NCBI GenBank assembly: GCA_023246095.1 | Contig: JAHFJA010000002.1 | Location: 39,489 to 103,488, forward strand | Length of the DNA stretch: 64,000 nt | Direction: 5' to 3' | From: a bacterium | GTDB lineage: Bacteria; Patescibacteriota; Patescibacteriia; JACQRZ01 | Part shown: in pieces, positions 9,120 to 19,223 of the stretch | How positions within the stretch are numbered: position 1 is the stretch's first letter | Layout: each line of letters begins with the position of its first letter | Position numbers and translations under genes: made by a program | Notes under the pieces: generated by a model | Databases searched by the model: none | Told to the model about the DNA's origin: nothing | Seen by the model: only the letters and a program-made list of their open reading frames with translations

Positions 9120-11114
9120 ATGAATATCACTGAACTCGCGCGAAAATTAAGAACGACCACCAATGAACTGAGGGAAGCTCTCCCCCAGATGGGTTTTGAC
9201 ATTGGACTTCGCGCTATCAAAGTCGACGATGTCATTGCTCGCAAAATCATGCACACATGGCCAGCGTTCAACATGGCTCGTCTCAAGAAAAAAGAAAAAG
9301 AGTCTGACGAGGCAGCGATTATTGAAAACATCGCCACAAAAAAAGAGATCACCATAGCCACCACCGTCACGGTTCGTGATTTTGCCCAATTACTTGATAT
9401 CCCCGTCACCAAGCTTCTTGTCGTGCTCATGAACAATGGTATCCTCACCGCCCTCAATGAGAAAATCGATTACGAGACAGCCTCCATCATTGCCGAAGAT
9501 CTTGGGTATACTCCCCTTCGACTTAACGAGGAAGAGTCAGTGATGTCGGCCGGTATGACCGACCTTGTGCGTGATACGCTCGTTACTGAAAAAGAACACT
9601 TGCTCCCCCGTCCCCCTATCGTAGTGGTCATGGGTCACGTTGATCATGGAAAAACAAAACTTCTTGATGCGATCCGCTCGACAGACGTCATGAGTGGTGA
9701 ATCAGGAGGAATCACGCAGCACATCGGTGCCTATCAAATTTACAAAAAGTTCAAAGGTGGCAAAGAGAAACGCGCCATAACTTTTATCGACACCCCTGGA
9801 CACGAAGCCTTCACCACTATGCGTTCCCGTGGTGCAAAAATTGCCGATATCGCCATTCTCGTTGTCGCGGCTGATGACGGAGTAAAACTCCAAACCATCG
9901 AAGCGATCAAAATCATTAAAGCAGCAGGACTCCCTTTCGTTGTCGCCATTAACAAAATTGACAAACCCGATGCTAACTTGGACAAGGCAAAGCGTGAATT
10001 ATCTGATAATGGACTTATCCCTGAAGACTGGGGCGGCAACACTATGTGCGTTGGTGTCTCGGCAATAACAAAAGAAGGAATTGATGATCTTCTTGAACAC
10101 GTCCTCCTTATCGCAGAACTTGAAAAAGACAATATTGTTGCCAATCCTTCCGGTGACGCCCTTGCGGTAGTCATTGAATCCAACGTCGACCGACATACGG
10201 GGCCCGTCGCAACTCTTCTTATACAAAACGGCACCCTGCATACCCAGGACTATTTAGTCATTGACGATGCTTTTTATGGCAGAGTCCGCGCTATGAAGTC
10301 CTATTCAGGCAAAGAAATTACTTCAGCTCTCCCGTCCGATCCCGTCCAAATCATCGGCATGAAAGCAGCACCGATCATCGGATACGTCGTGCAGAGCTAC
10401 AAAGAACTTCCTAAGCATATTGATAAAAAACTCAAACTAACGTCCTCAGCAGCGGTAGTTGTCACCCCAAAGAAGTCAAAGGCAAAAGACGACATGCCGA
10501 GTGTCAATATCATTCTCAAGGCAGACACGTTGGGATCTTTGGAAGCAATCGCCAACTCGTTGCTCAAAATTGATCACCCTGAGGTCAGAATCAATATAAC
10601 CGTCAAAGATATCGGTAATATAACGTCGTCTGATGTTCTCAATGCTGAGGCAACCGGTAGCTATATCGCGGGATTTCATGTGAGTGCCCACCCTTCAGCC
10701 CACGCGATAGCCACAGAAAAAAATGTTGAAATCAAATACTACAAGGTTATTTATGAGCTATTAGACGAAGTAAAAGCTCGCATTGAGAAGCTCCTTGCCC
10801 CGTTGGTCACACGTGTCGATGTCGGCGATATCAAAATACTGGCAGTATTTCGTACCGATCCCCGCTCTATGATTGTGGGAGGTGCTATCACGGAAGGTAC
10901 CTTTACCCCTGGAGTTAAGGTGATTGTATTACGTGACGGCCAGGAAGTCGGCACCGGCAGCATCACTGGCTTGCAACTCGGGAAACAGGATGCAACCAAA
11001 GCTATTTCCGGACAAGAGTGCGGTATCAAATATCAAGGAGACCCGGTTATCCAAATCGATGATATCCTCCATGGTTACAAAGAAGAACGCTCGGTACGAA
11101 AACTGGAAGATTAA
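9120..11114 (+). CDS. infB: translation initiation factor IF-2
   Basis: GHVDHGKT, DTPGHEAF and NKIDK GTPase motifs; IF2_N domains; likely start MNITEL (ORF open from 9102). Confidence 0.98.
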   Translation: MNITELARKLRTTTNELREALPQMGFDIGLRAIKVDDVIARKIMHTWPAFNMARLKKKEKESDEAAIIENIATKKEITIATTVTVRDFAQLLDIPVTKLLVVLMNNGILTALNEKIDYETASIIAEDLGYTPLRLNEEESVMSAGMTDLVRDTLVTEKEHLLPRPPIVVVMGHVDHGKTKLLDAIRSTDVMSGESGGITQHIGAYQIYKKFKGGKEKRAITFIDTPGHEAFTTMRSRGAKIADIAILVVAADDGVKLQTIEAIKIIKAAGLPFVVAINKIDKPDANLDKAKRELSDNGLIPEDWGGNTMCVGVSAITKEGIDDLLEHVLLIAELEKDNIVANPSGDALAVVIESNVDRHTGPVATLLIQNGTLHTQDYLVIDDAFYGRVRAMKSYSGKEITSALPSDPVQIIGMKAAPIIGYVVQSYKELPKHIDKKLKLTSSAAVVVTPKKSKAKDDMPSVNIILKADTLGSLEAIANSLLKIDHPEVRINITVKDIGNITSSDVLNAEATGSYIAGFHVSAHPSAHAIATEKNVEIKYYKVIYELLDEVKARIEKLLAPLVTRVDVGDIKILAVFRTDPRSMIVGGAITEGTFTPGVKVIVLRDGQEVGTGSITGLQLGKQDATKAISGQECGIKYQGDPVIQIDDILHGYKEERSVRKLED

Positions 11115-11117
11115 CGT

Positions 11118-11456
11118 ATGGAAAAACGCATTTCCAAAATCAATGAACTCATTCGATCAGAACTTTCTGGGATTATCGCTCGTACGGTCGAATTTCGTCT
11201 GGGTACACTAGTGACTATCACCTCCGTTGAATGCGATCCCGAAGCAAAAGAAGCAATGGTGCACATCACTGTATTTCCGTCTGATCGCGAACAAGAAGTC
11301 ATCACCCTTCTCAAAAAACTCTCCGGCCCCCTCCAGCATACCCTCAACCGCAAACTTTCCATGCGCTATGTCCCCCAACTTTCCTACCGCATCGACCAAG
11401 AACAAGTCGAAGGCTATGCAGTTGAAGCGCTTTTAGATAGTATTAAAGAGAATTAA
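11118..11456 (+). CDS. rbfA: ribosome-binding factor A
   Basis: RISKINELIRSELS...MRYVPQLSY; follows infB. Confidence 0.95.
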   Translation: MEKRISKINELIRSELSGIIARTVEFRLGTLVTITSVECDPEAKEAMVHITVFPSDREQEVITLLKKLSGPLQHTLNRKLSMRYVPQLSYRIDQEQVEGYAVEALLDSIKEN

Positions 11457-11468
11457 TACCATTACCCT

Positions 11469-12053
11469 ATGAAGAACTATCACATGATCCCCACCGTGAT
11501 TGAAAAATCATCAATGGGCGAACGCGCGTATGATATCTATTCCCGCCTTTTGAAAGAGCGCATCATCTTTCTTGGCGATGCGATCGATGACGATGTTGCC
11601 AATACCGTCATTGCTCAGCTGATTTTCCTCGAGAGCGAAGATAAAGAAAAAGACATCAAACTCTATATCAACTCTCCCGGAGGTTCCGTGAGTGCCGGTT
11701 TGGCAATCTACGACACCATGCAATTCATCAAACCGGATGTTTCAACGATCTGTATTGGTATGGCCGCATCTATGGGTGCCGTACTTCTTGCAGCCGGCGC
11801 GAAGAAAAAACGCTATGTTCTCCCTAACGCCGAAGTTATGATCCACCAAGTTATGGGCGGTGCCGAAGGACAAGCAACGGATATCAAAATCAAAGCAGAA
11901 CACATCCTTCGCATTAAAGACAAATTAAACGGCATCCTTTCAAAACACACCGGGCAACCCGTCAAAAAAATCGACACCGACACCGACCGCGACAACTTCA
12001 TGAGCGCCGAAGAGGCAGTGAAATATGGATTGGTGGATAAGATTATACAGTAA
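11469..12053 (+). CDS. clpP: ATP-dependent Clp protease proteolytic subunit
   Basis: [30 protein letters not shown]. Confidence 0.98.
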   Translation: MKNYHMIPTVIEKSSMGERAYDIYSRLLKERIIFLGDAIDDDVANTVIAQLIFLESEDKEKDIKLYINSPGGSVSAGLAIYDTMQFIKPDVSTICIGMAASMGAVLLAAGAKKKRYVLPNAEVMIHQVMGGAEGQATDIKIKAEHILRIKDKLNGILSKHTGQPVKKIDTDTDRDNFMSAEEAVKYGLVDKIIQ

Positions 12054-12073
12054 ACGCTGTTTCATTTTCTACT

Positions 12074-12103
12074 CAAAAAACTGCTCTCAAAAGCAGTTTT
12101 TTG
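12074..12103 (+). terminator. intrinsic terminator
   Basis: caaaaaactgct-loop-agcagttttttg. Confidence 0.85.
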
Positions 12104-12135
12104 TTTATGTACAAACGTTTTTCAACCATGTATGC

Positions 12136-12164
12136 TTGACAAAAAGAGTAAAATATGCTATTTT
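12136..12164 (+). promoter_or_regulatory. sigma70 promoter
   Basis: TTGACA-17bp-TATTTT with extended TG; SD AGGAG at about 12210. Confidence 0.65.
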
Positions 12165-12222
12165 CTTGATTAGAGAGTGACTAAACGTTACTTGAAATTA
12201 TAAAAAACAAAGGAGAATTGGA

Positions 12223-12990
12223 ATGGAACTGAGAATAGTTGACATCACTTTTGAAAGCATGGTGAAAGCGGTTCAAAAGCACATAGGTAATAAAATCATT
12301 GGCACTGATTTACACCCTAGGGCCCTTGAATACTTAGAGGTGTTCAAAAACAACCCCAATGGGGACCTTAGTATTGAATTAGAAGATTGGCTTTTTGGAA
12401 CAGAAGAAGGCGCAAGCTTTAGATCGGCTATAATCTACAAACCAGAGACAATTTTTGAAATAGCTGCGCCTGAACGTTTCCCCACACCCGAGGACGTTAT
12501 TGCTTTCATCGGAACAATAACCAAAGGAAAGGAGTGTAAAGAAAACAAAGACCGGAGAGGAAAAGATGACAAAGGTGTTATTTATTTCATGGAATTCCAA
12601 GTCTCCGGCGAAAGTAAAGGAGAAATGGATGAATATGAATACGTGAAAAAAGGGACCACTCCAAATGGTAAGATATACTCTAAAACAGAAATTTCGGTAG
12701 CTTACTACATTGATGGTGAACCTAGGGGTGGTCAAAACGTAGCAAAGTATGTTGATGGTTCATGGGAGATATATCCAGATGCCGACATAGCGTACTGGAA
12801 AAACTACGCTTTAAACGACCTTCGGAAGTCATTCCCTGTTGAAAAATTCGATACCATACGAAAATTAGATCCTGCCAGCAAAGACTTTAGTGACATTACC
12901 GCACAGGCCAAGCTATTCGGTATTCCTACTATAACCTCGGAAGAAGACCTTATGGCGTTGAAAACAATCATGTATCCAAACGAAGTATAA
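12223..12990 (+). CDS. hypothetical protein
   Basis: 255-aa ORF with SD, own promoter and terminator. Confidence 0.8.
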   Translation: MELRIVDITFESMVKAVQKHIGNKIIGTDLHPRALEYLEVFKNNPNGDLSIELEDWLFGTEEGASFRSAIIYKPETIFEIAAPERFPTPEDVIAFIGTITKGKECKENKDRRGKDDKGVIYFMEFQVSGESKGEMDEYEYVKKGTTPNGKIYSKTEISVAYYIDGEPRGGQNVAKYVDGSWEIYPDADIAYWKNYALNDLRKSFPVEKFDTIRKLDPASKDFSDITAQAKLFGIPTITSEEDLMALKTIMYPNEV

Positions 12991-13000
12991 CTACTCCAAA

Positions 13001-13040
13001 AAAAATAAATAGGGCATTAAAACAATGCTCTATTTTATTT
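13001..13040 (+). terminator. intrinsic terminator
   Basis: aaatagggcatt-aaaac-aatgctctatttt. Confidence 0.7.
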
Positions 13041-13092
13041 ACACAATATAAAGATCAAAAAACACCAATGATACACATCAAACAACCTCACC

Positions 13093-13121
13093 TTGCGTAA
13101 AACCCACTACTATGCTAGGCT
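13093..13121 (+). promoter_or_regulatory. putative sigma70 promoter upstream of rny leader
   Basis: TTGCGT-17bp-TAGGCT with extended TG. Confidence 0.5.
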
Positions 13122-13158
13122 GAGAGGAGTAAAAATATTAAATTTTGTGTGTCAAAAC

Positions 13159-13350
13159 GAGCGTAAATAGGTGCAAATGATGCGTTCATGTAACGATTTT
13201 CTCAACTATGACTCTTTATTCATCTCATGTAATTAATAGTTTTGAACAGGTCCCCCCACGATAATTCTCGTCTGCGGGGTCGTTTCGTGTACCCACATAT
13301 CTCTAGAATAGCACTTTACATACGCTCCTTTGTACCACGTACAGGAGTAT
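13159..13350 (+). ncRNA. candidate structured leader (or 6S-like RNA) upstream of rny
   Basis: GAGCGTA(13159)/TACGCTC(13321) and GTGC/GCAC closing stems; internal GTTCA/TGAAC and AACTAT/ATAGTT; alternative hairpin sequestering the rny SD. Confidence 0.4.
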
Positions 13351-14871
13351 ATGATCACCACAATTATTATAGGCCTTGTGGCATTGGCAGCAGGCATTGG
13401 CATCGGGTATATATACCGTCACCAAATGGCCCTCAACCGTGTTAACAGTGCCGAGACCAAAGCGGAGCAAATCATTAGTGAAACAAAAGTACAACAGAGA
13501 GATCTCTTGATCCAGGCAAAAGATAAAGCCATGGCGATCATCGAGGAAGCAAAGAAAGAAGAAGTTGAGCGCCGAAAAGAACTTGGAGCTAGTCAATCAC
13601 GAATCGAACGTCGTGAGGCTCTTTTTGATCAAAAATTAATTGAGCTCCAAGACCGACACCAGAAGATCCAGGAAAAAGCTGCCGCCGTTGAAGCCCTCAG
13701 AGGTGAAATTGAGCAAGTAAAACAAAGCCACATCACAACGCTTGAAAAGATTGCCCAGATGGACCGCAACAGTGCAAAGACCATGCTCCTTGATCAAGTC
13801 GAGAAAGAAGCGCAAGAAGACATGATTGCACGTGTCAAAAAGGTTGAAAGACTAGGCATAGAGGAGATGGGTCAAAAAGCAAAGAGTATCCTCGGTGATG
13901 CCATCCAGCGATATGCCCAAAGCGTCGTCTCAGAAACCACCACCTCGGTTGTTCATATCCCCAACGATGAAATGAAGGGACGTATTATTGGCAAAGAGGG
14001 ACGCAACATCAAAGCGATAGAAAATCTTACCGGCGTCGAAATCCTTATCGATGATACCCCTAATGCAATCACCGTATCGGGTTTTTCCCCTATCCGCCGA
14101 AACATCGCACGTATTGCCATTGAAAAGTTAATCAAAGACGGGCGTATCCATCCCGGACGTATTGAAGAAACCGTTGAAGAAGCAAAACAGGAATTAGCCT
14201 TGGATATTAAGAAAGCGGGCGAAGACGCTATATTTGAATTGGGGGTAACCGGTGTCGATCCTCGTCTTGTTCAAATTCTCGGCCGTCTCAAATACCGCAC
14301 CAGTTTTGGACAGAATGCATTAGTACACTCAATCGAGGTAGGCCATCTATCAGGATTTTTAGCAGAAAGTATCGGTGCTGACCCTATCATCGCCCGAAAA
14401 GGTGGACTCCTTCATGATATTGGAAAGTCGGTAGACCATGAAGTCCAAGGTACCCATCCTCAAATCGGCTATGACATTATGAAGAAATTTGGCCTTCCTG
14501 AAGAAGTTGCCTACATGTCGATTGCCCATCATGAAGATAATCCTCATTCACTTGAAGGAATTGTCGTCAAAGTTGCTGACGCACTTTCTGCAAGCCGACC
14601 TGGTGCCCGCAAGGACACCGCCGAACGTTATGTACAGCGTGTGACAGAACTTGAAAACGTTGCCAATAGTTTTGAAGGTATTGATCGCGCTTACGCTATT
14701 TCTGCCGGACGCGAAATCCGTGTATTTGCCCACCCCGACCATATCGATGATATCGGTGCCCTTAAACTCGCTAAAAACATTGCTAAGCGCATCGAGGATG
14801 ACTTGCAATACCCTGGTGAAATCAAAGTCACCTTGATTCGAGAAAAACGATTCGTTGAGTACGCACGCTAA
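13351..14871 (+). CDS. rny: ribonuclease Y
   Basis: N-terminal TM, coiled coil, KH (KGRIIGKEGRNI) and HD (LLHDIGK) domains; SD AGGAG before ATG 13351. Confidence 0.98.
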   Translation: MITTIIIGLVALAAGIGIGYIYRHQMALNRVNSAETKAEQIISETKVQQRDLLIQAKDKAMAIIEEAKKEEVERRKELGASQSRIERREALFDQKLIELQDRHQKIQEKAAAVEALRGEIEQVKQSHITTLEKIAQMDRNSAKTMLLDQVEKEAQEDMIARVKKVERLGIEEMGQKAKSILGDAIQRYAQSVVSETTTSVVHIPNDEMKGRIIGKEGRNIKAIENLTGVEILIDDTPNAITVSGFSPIRRNIARIAIEKLIKDGRIHPGRIEETVEEAKQELALDIKKAGEDAIFELGVTGVDPRLVQILGRLKYRTSFGQNALVHSIEVGHLSGFLAESIGADPIIARKGGLLHDIGKSVDHEVQGTHPQIGYDIMKKFGLPEEVAYMSIAHHEDNPHSLEGIVVKVADALSASRPGARKDTAERYVQRVTELENVANSFEGIDRAYAISAGREIRVFAHPDHIDDIGALKLAKNIAKRIEDDLQYPGEIKVTLIREKRFVEYAR

Positions 14872-14877
14872 ACTATT

Positions 14878-15672
14878 ATGAACATTCTTTTTATTGGTGA
14901 TATTGTCGGAAAGATCGGACGGAAAGCAGTGGTCAATCTGCTTCCAGAGCTGCGTAAAGAACACAGTGTTGACTTTGTAATCGCAAATGTAGAAAACCTT
15001 GCTCACGGCAAAGGAGTCACTCATTCAACCCTTGCGGAAATCATGTCAGCTGGCGTCGATTTTGGCACATCAGGCAATCACATCTGGAACAAAAGTGAGG
15101 GACTCGAAATTTTAGCAAAGCCCGACTCCCCTATCATCCGTCCGGGAAATTACCCCCCAGGTTGGCCTGGTGTTGGAGAAAAAGTCCTTACTATTGGCAC
15201 AAAATCGATACTTGTGATAAACTTGTTAGGAAGGATGTTCATGAAGGTCAGCACAGACTGCCCCTTCAGAGCATTAGACTCGATCCTTACAAGGCATCAC
15301 GAGAAACAATTTGCAGCCATAATCGTGGATTTCCATGCGGAAACCACATCAGAAAAACAGGCGTTCGGTCTATATAGCGACGGACGCGTAAGCGCGGTAT
15401 TGGGTACTCATACTCACGTCCCTACTGCCGACGAGCGCATCCTTCCAAAAGGTACTGCATATATAACCGACGTTGGATTTGTTGGTGCAACACATTCGGT
15501 GTTAGGATTTAGCCCCGAAACCGGGATCCAAACTCACCTTTTGCAAACACCCCCCAAGCCTGTCATTCCTGAATCAGGTACAGCAAATTTCTGTGCTGTT
15601 TTGATCACGGTAGATGAAAATACCGGGAACGCAACACATTTTTCTCGTATTTATAAGGAAGTTGAGATTTAA
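14878..15672 (+). CDS. ymdB: YmdB/TIGR00282 metallophosphoesterase
   Basis: ILFIGDIVG, GNH, DFHAETTSEK, GTHTHVPTAD; follows rny. Confidence 0.95.
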   Translation: MNILFIGDIVGKIGRKAVVNLLPELRKEHSVDFVIANVENLAHGKGVTHSTLAEIMSAGVDFGTSGNHIWNKSEGLEILAKPDSPIIRPGNYPPGWPGVGEKVLTIGTKSILVINLLGRMFMKVSTDCPFRALDSILTRHHEKQFAAIIVDFHAETTSEKQAFGLYSDGRVSAVLGTHTHVPTADERILPKGTAYITDVGFVGATHSVLGFSPETGIQTHLLQTPPKPVIPESGTANFCAVLITVDENTGNATHFSRIYKEVEI

Positions 15673-15701
15673 TTTGTTATTAATTTTTTAAGGAAACGTG
15701 T

Positions 15702-15998
15702 ATGGCAAAACTCAAAAAGTCAGAACTGGTAGACATGCTCGCCACTAAGGTAGACGCATCAAAGAAGCAAGCAGAGGATATGATCGAAGCTTTGCTTGAG
15801 ATCATCACCAGCTCATTGCAGAATGGTGATGAAGTTACCTTCACTGGCTTTGGTTCATTCATGGCCAAGATGCGAAAAGGACGCGTCGGCATCAACCCAA
15901 AGAACCCCACCGAAAAGATCAATATCCCTGCAAGCATCGTTCCTCGTTTCAAAGCAGGAAAAGGCCTCAAAGATGCACTTCAGGAAAAGAAGAAATAA
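15702..15998 (+). CDS. hup: DNA-binding protein HU
   Basis: KSELVD...GFGSF...RVGINPK...PRFKAGKGLKD. Confidence 0.96.
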   Translation: MAKLKKSELVDMLATKVDASKKQAEDMIEALLEIITSSLQNGDEVTFTGFGSFMAKMRKGRVGINPKNPTEKINIPASIVPRFKAGKGLKDALQEKKK

Positions 15999-16014
15999 TT
16001 GTTTCCCAGCCACT

Positions 16015-16040
16015 AAAAATACCCCTTTCGGGGTATTTTT
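16015..16040. terminator. bidirectional intrinsic terminator
   Basis: aaaaatacccc-tttc-ggggtattttt between convergent genes. Confidence 0.9.
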
Positions 16041-16067
16041 GTTTTCCACAGGTTATCTTTATTTTCT

Positions 16068-16601
16068 CTACTTTCCTTTGATACTTAACAACTCAACCTC
16101 AAAGAAGAGATCGGAACCAGCGGGAATACTGCCTCTCTCGACCATGCCGTATGCCATTCGTGCAGGAATAGACAATGAACGCTTTCCGCCCACCTTCATA
16201 CCTTCAAACCCTTTGTCCCACCCTTCGATCACCATACCGGCACCAAGCTGGAATTCAAACGGTTGTTTACGCACATATGAACTATCAAATACAACACCGT
16301 TAGCAAGTTTTCCACTGTAGTGGACTGTCAATATATCTCCCTTTACCGCTGTAGCTCCCGTACCCACGACCGTATCATTGATCTCAAGATCCGTAAGTGG
16401 TTTTTTAACTGTTGCCTCAGAAGAAACTACTGATTCAGGAGTTGTGTTCATATTTTCATTAGGGTTTTGAGAATTAGGATTGGGGGTAGTAATGATATTT
16501 GATTGAGTGTCTGGTTTCTTTGGAGAAGACGTATACACAAACACGATTGCACCCACCACAACAACAATCGCAAGAACGGGAATTAAGATTTTTTTATTCA
16601 T
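16068..16601 (-). CDS. membrane-anchored FKBP-type peptidyl-prolyl isomerase
   Basis: VHYSG, FDSS, VIEGWDKG, IPARMAYG, LFFEVEL; N-terminal TM. Confidence 0.95.
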   Translation of the reverse strand: MNKKILIPVLAIVVVVGAIVFVYTSSPKKPDTQSNIITTPNPNSQNPNENMNTTPESVVSSEATVKKPLTDLEINDTVVGTGATAVKGDILTVHYSGKLANGVVFDSSYVRKQPFEFQLGAGMVIEGWDKGFEGMKVGGKRSLSIPARMAYGMVERGSIPAGSDLFFEVELLSIKGK

Positions 16602-16647
16602 AAAAATATGTATTAATTACAGTATGAAACTAGTATATCAGATTCTT

Positions 16648-17706
16648 CTAACATCCCCAACTATTTGCTTTCAACTTATTATAATTCCCTTCAACCCGAG
16701 GGGCATAAACCCGAGTTTCCTTATACCCGGTGTTAACCTCGCATTCCCACAACGTCGTCCCAGAACAAGACGAACTGAGTCTATTTGCACCTGGCCCGCC
16801 ATTATATGCTGCTGCTAAATACTTAATCTGTGTCATATCACATCCAGATTGTGAATTAGTCGACCCACCATTGCAACCACCCGTTTTCAAGTCGCTCAAG
16901 TAAGCAGCAGCAGTGCGTGCATTGGTAAGTGGGTCAAAACTACTGCCCCCCGTAATATTATGACGGGACCTCACATCCGCCGCAGTGGCGGGCATAAGTT
17001 GAATAAGCCCCTGTGCCCCAACGGAACTTTGCGCGTTGGGGTTACCGCTTGACTCTGCAAACATAAATGCCTTTAAGAGTGTGCAATCAACACCCGGAAA
17101 TTCCGTGCTTGCACTTTTTAAGGCCGTATCGTATGTTGTGAGATTTTGAGATATACTCGCACTACCAACACCTTTCTCACCCCCACCACTACTTTGTTGC
17201 TGACGAATTTCCGCCACAGTAATGTCCATCTTTTGTATTGCCCCCAAACGTATCACTGGCCATTGAACCAGAACCGGATTGATAAGGTACAAGATAGAAT
17301 AAGCACCGAGAGTAAGAACGAGACCAATCAATGCATTCGATATAATTTTTATTGCTTTTTGTGTTTGCCCCGAAGAGCCTCTTGAAGTCATCCACTGCAT
17401 CCCTCCTACCATTAGCATTACCACGGCGATTATAGCCACCGCAGTAATTAACCACGCGTACAATTGTCCAAAATAGGTGGCCATACCTGTTGCCACAATA
17501 GTATTACCATCAGCAGTGATAAGTTTAACCTTTTCATCATACCCGTGAAAAGGAACTTGAAGTTTAAAATCGGGAAACAAACTCGAAGATTTTATAGCAT
17601 CATCAACAGCAAATACGCGATGAGGTGTAGCAATCCCCACAAAAAACAATATAACGATAGCCAACACCCCCACAAGGAAATATCTTACAAAAGACGAATG
17701 ACGCAT
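16648..17706 (-). CDS. VirB2/TrbC-like pilin domain fused to SLT lytic transglycosylase
   Basis: pilin core GGMQWMTSRGSSGQTQKAIKIISNALIGLVL; SLT motifs ESSGNPNA, GAQGLIQLMP, AAAYNGG, ETRVY. Confidence 0.9.
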   Translation of the reverse strand: MRHSSFVRYFLVGVLAIVILFFVGIATPHRVFAVDDAIKSSSLFPDFKLQVPFHGYDEKVKLITADGNTIVATGMATYFGQLYAWLITAVAIIAVVMLMVGGMQWMTSRGSSGQTQKAIKIISNALIGLVLTLGAYSILYLINPVLVQWPVIRLGAIQKMDITVAEIRQQQSSGGGEKGVGSASISQNLTTYDTALKSASTEFPGVDCTLLKAFMFAESSGNPNAQSSVGAQGLIQLMPATAADVRSRHNITGGSSFDPLTNARTAAAYLSDLKTGGCNGGSTNSQSGCDMTQIKYLAAAYNGGPGANRLSSSCSGTTLWECEVNTGYKETRVYAPRVEGNYNKLKANSWGC

Positions 17707-17750
17707 AATATATAAAGTTATCTATAATCAGTATACCATCTTAACAAAAC

Positions 17751-17777
17751 AAAAAAGTAGCACGTGGCTACTTTTTT
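17751..17777 (-). terminator. intrinsic terminator after tRNA-Lys
   Basis: aaaaaagtagc-acgtg-gctactttttt. Confidence 0.8.
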
Positions 17778-17815
17778 GTAGAATATAATATAAAATTTTG
17801 ATAATACAACATTTT

Positions 17816-17891
17816 TGGTGCGCCCAGAGGGATTTGAACCCCCGACCGTTTGCTTAAGAGGCAACTGCTCTACCAACTGAGCTATGAGCGC
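17816..17891 (-). tRNA. tRNA-Lys(CTT)
   Basis: reverse complement folds as a cloverleaf; anticodon loop CT-CTT-AA, GGTTCAAATCC T-arm, encoded CCA; upstream TTGACA-17-TAGGAT (17931-17903). Confidence 0.95.
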
Positions 17892-17951
17892 ATAACAGGG
17901 ACATCCTATCGTCCGACGTGTGAAGTGTCAATTGTCATACAATAACACTTT

Positions 17952-18028
17952 TGGTGCGCCCGGAGGGATTCGAACCCCCGACCCTCTGGTCCGAAGCCAG
18001 ATGCTCTAATCCACTGAGCTACGAGCGC
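17952..18028 (-). tRNA. tRNA-Arg(TCG)
   Basis: cloverleaf; TCTGG-CT-TCG-GA-CCAGA anticodon arm, GGTTCGAATCC, encoded CCA. Confidence 0.95.
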
Positions 18029-18086
18029 ATGTACCCAACCACTATACACGGCCATCCAAATAAAACAACCTGTTTATCCATTTATA

Positions 18087-19154
18087 CTATTCTTGAACCT
18101 CGTCTTGTTCTACATGCTTCAATGTTTCTGGGTGCACCATATATGATAAAGCTTCATCATGGCTAATCAATCCTTTTTTATATAAATCTTTCACACTGGT
18201 ATCCATAGTACACATCCCTTTTCCTGCATTTGTTTGTAACACTGTTTCAATCTGCTGCAACTTATTTTCCCGGATTAATGTCGCAACAGCAGGTGTATTA
18301 AGAAGCACTTCACGCACCGCAATACGCTGTTCGTTTTGCGTAACTACTAATCTTTGAGAAACAACTCCTTTAAGTGTCGTTGCAAGCTGCAAGCGAATCT
18401 GTGTTTGTTGGGAAGGAGGAAAAACATCAACAATACGGCTGATAGTTTCGGCGGCACTAAACGTGTGCAAGGTTGCAAACACCAAATGACCCGTTTCTGC
18501 CAATGTGATCGTTGCTGCAATAGTTTCTAAGTCTCGCATTTCCCCGACCATAATAACATTAGGATCTTGGCGTAAAACATACTTCAAACTTTCACTGAAC
18601 GATCGCATATCTTGTCCCAACTGTCGCTGCCGGATAATAGACTTATTGGGAGTAAAAAGAAACTCAATCGGATCTTCAAGAGTTATGATGTTTTCTCCGC
18701 GATTATTATTGATCGCATCAATCATGGAGGCAAGAGTAGTTGATTTACCACACCCTGCCGGACCCGTAATCAAGACAAGACCATTTTTCATGTTGATGAA
18801 ATTTTGTGCCGCCTCAGGAATATGCAAATCATCCATCGTGGGAATATCTACAGGTATAAGACGCGCCACAAGACCAACACTATTTTTTTCCCACATGAGG
18901 TTAATACGAAAACGCCCTACCCCTTCAATCTCGTGTGAAACGTCCAGCTCTTTTCCGTCATCAAAAAACTCTCTCTGCATTGGTGTCAGAACACTATACG
19001 CAAGATCTTGTACCGAACCTGGGGTCAGCACGTCTTGTTCTTCGATTTCTCGCAGACGCCCACCTGCACGAATAATAGGCCGCTTCCCCACATAGAGATG
19101 CAGATCAGAAGCGGCATGTTGTTGTGCGTAGGTAAGTAATTGATTGAGCGTCAT
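18087..19154 (-). CDS. pilT: type IV pilus retraction ATPase PilT/PilU
   Basis: ASDLHL, GPAGCGKST, TLEDPIE, LRQDPNVIMVGEMRD, ETGHLVFATLH; likely start MTLNQLL. Confidence 0.95.
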   Translation of the reverse strand: MTLNQLLTYAQQHAASDLHLYVGKRPIIRAGGRLREIEEQDVLTPGSVQDLAYSVLTPMQREFFDDGKELDVSHEIEGVGRFRINLMWEKNSVGLVARLIPVDIPTMDDLHIPEAAQNFINMKNGLVLITGPAGCGKSTTLASMIDAINNNRGENIITLEDPIEFLFTPNKSIIRQRQLGQDMRSFSESLKYVLRQDPNVIMVGEMRDLETIAATITLAETGHLVFATLHTFSAAETISRIVDVFPPSQQTQIRLQLATTLKGVVSQRLVVTQNEQRIAVREVLLNTPAVATLIRENKLQQIETVLQTNAGKGMCTMDTSVKDLYKKGLISHDEALSYMVHPETLKHVEQDEVQE

Positions 19155-19223
19155 AGACTTGAGTATAATTGGTAGTGATAGCCTGACACGAGGGAAAACG
19201 GTTGTCAATCCGACTACTCGTAC

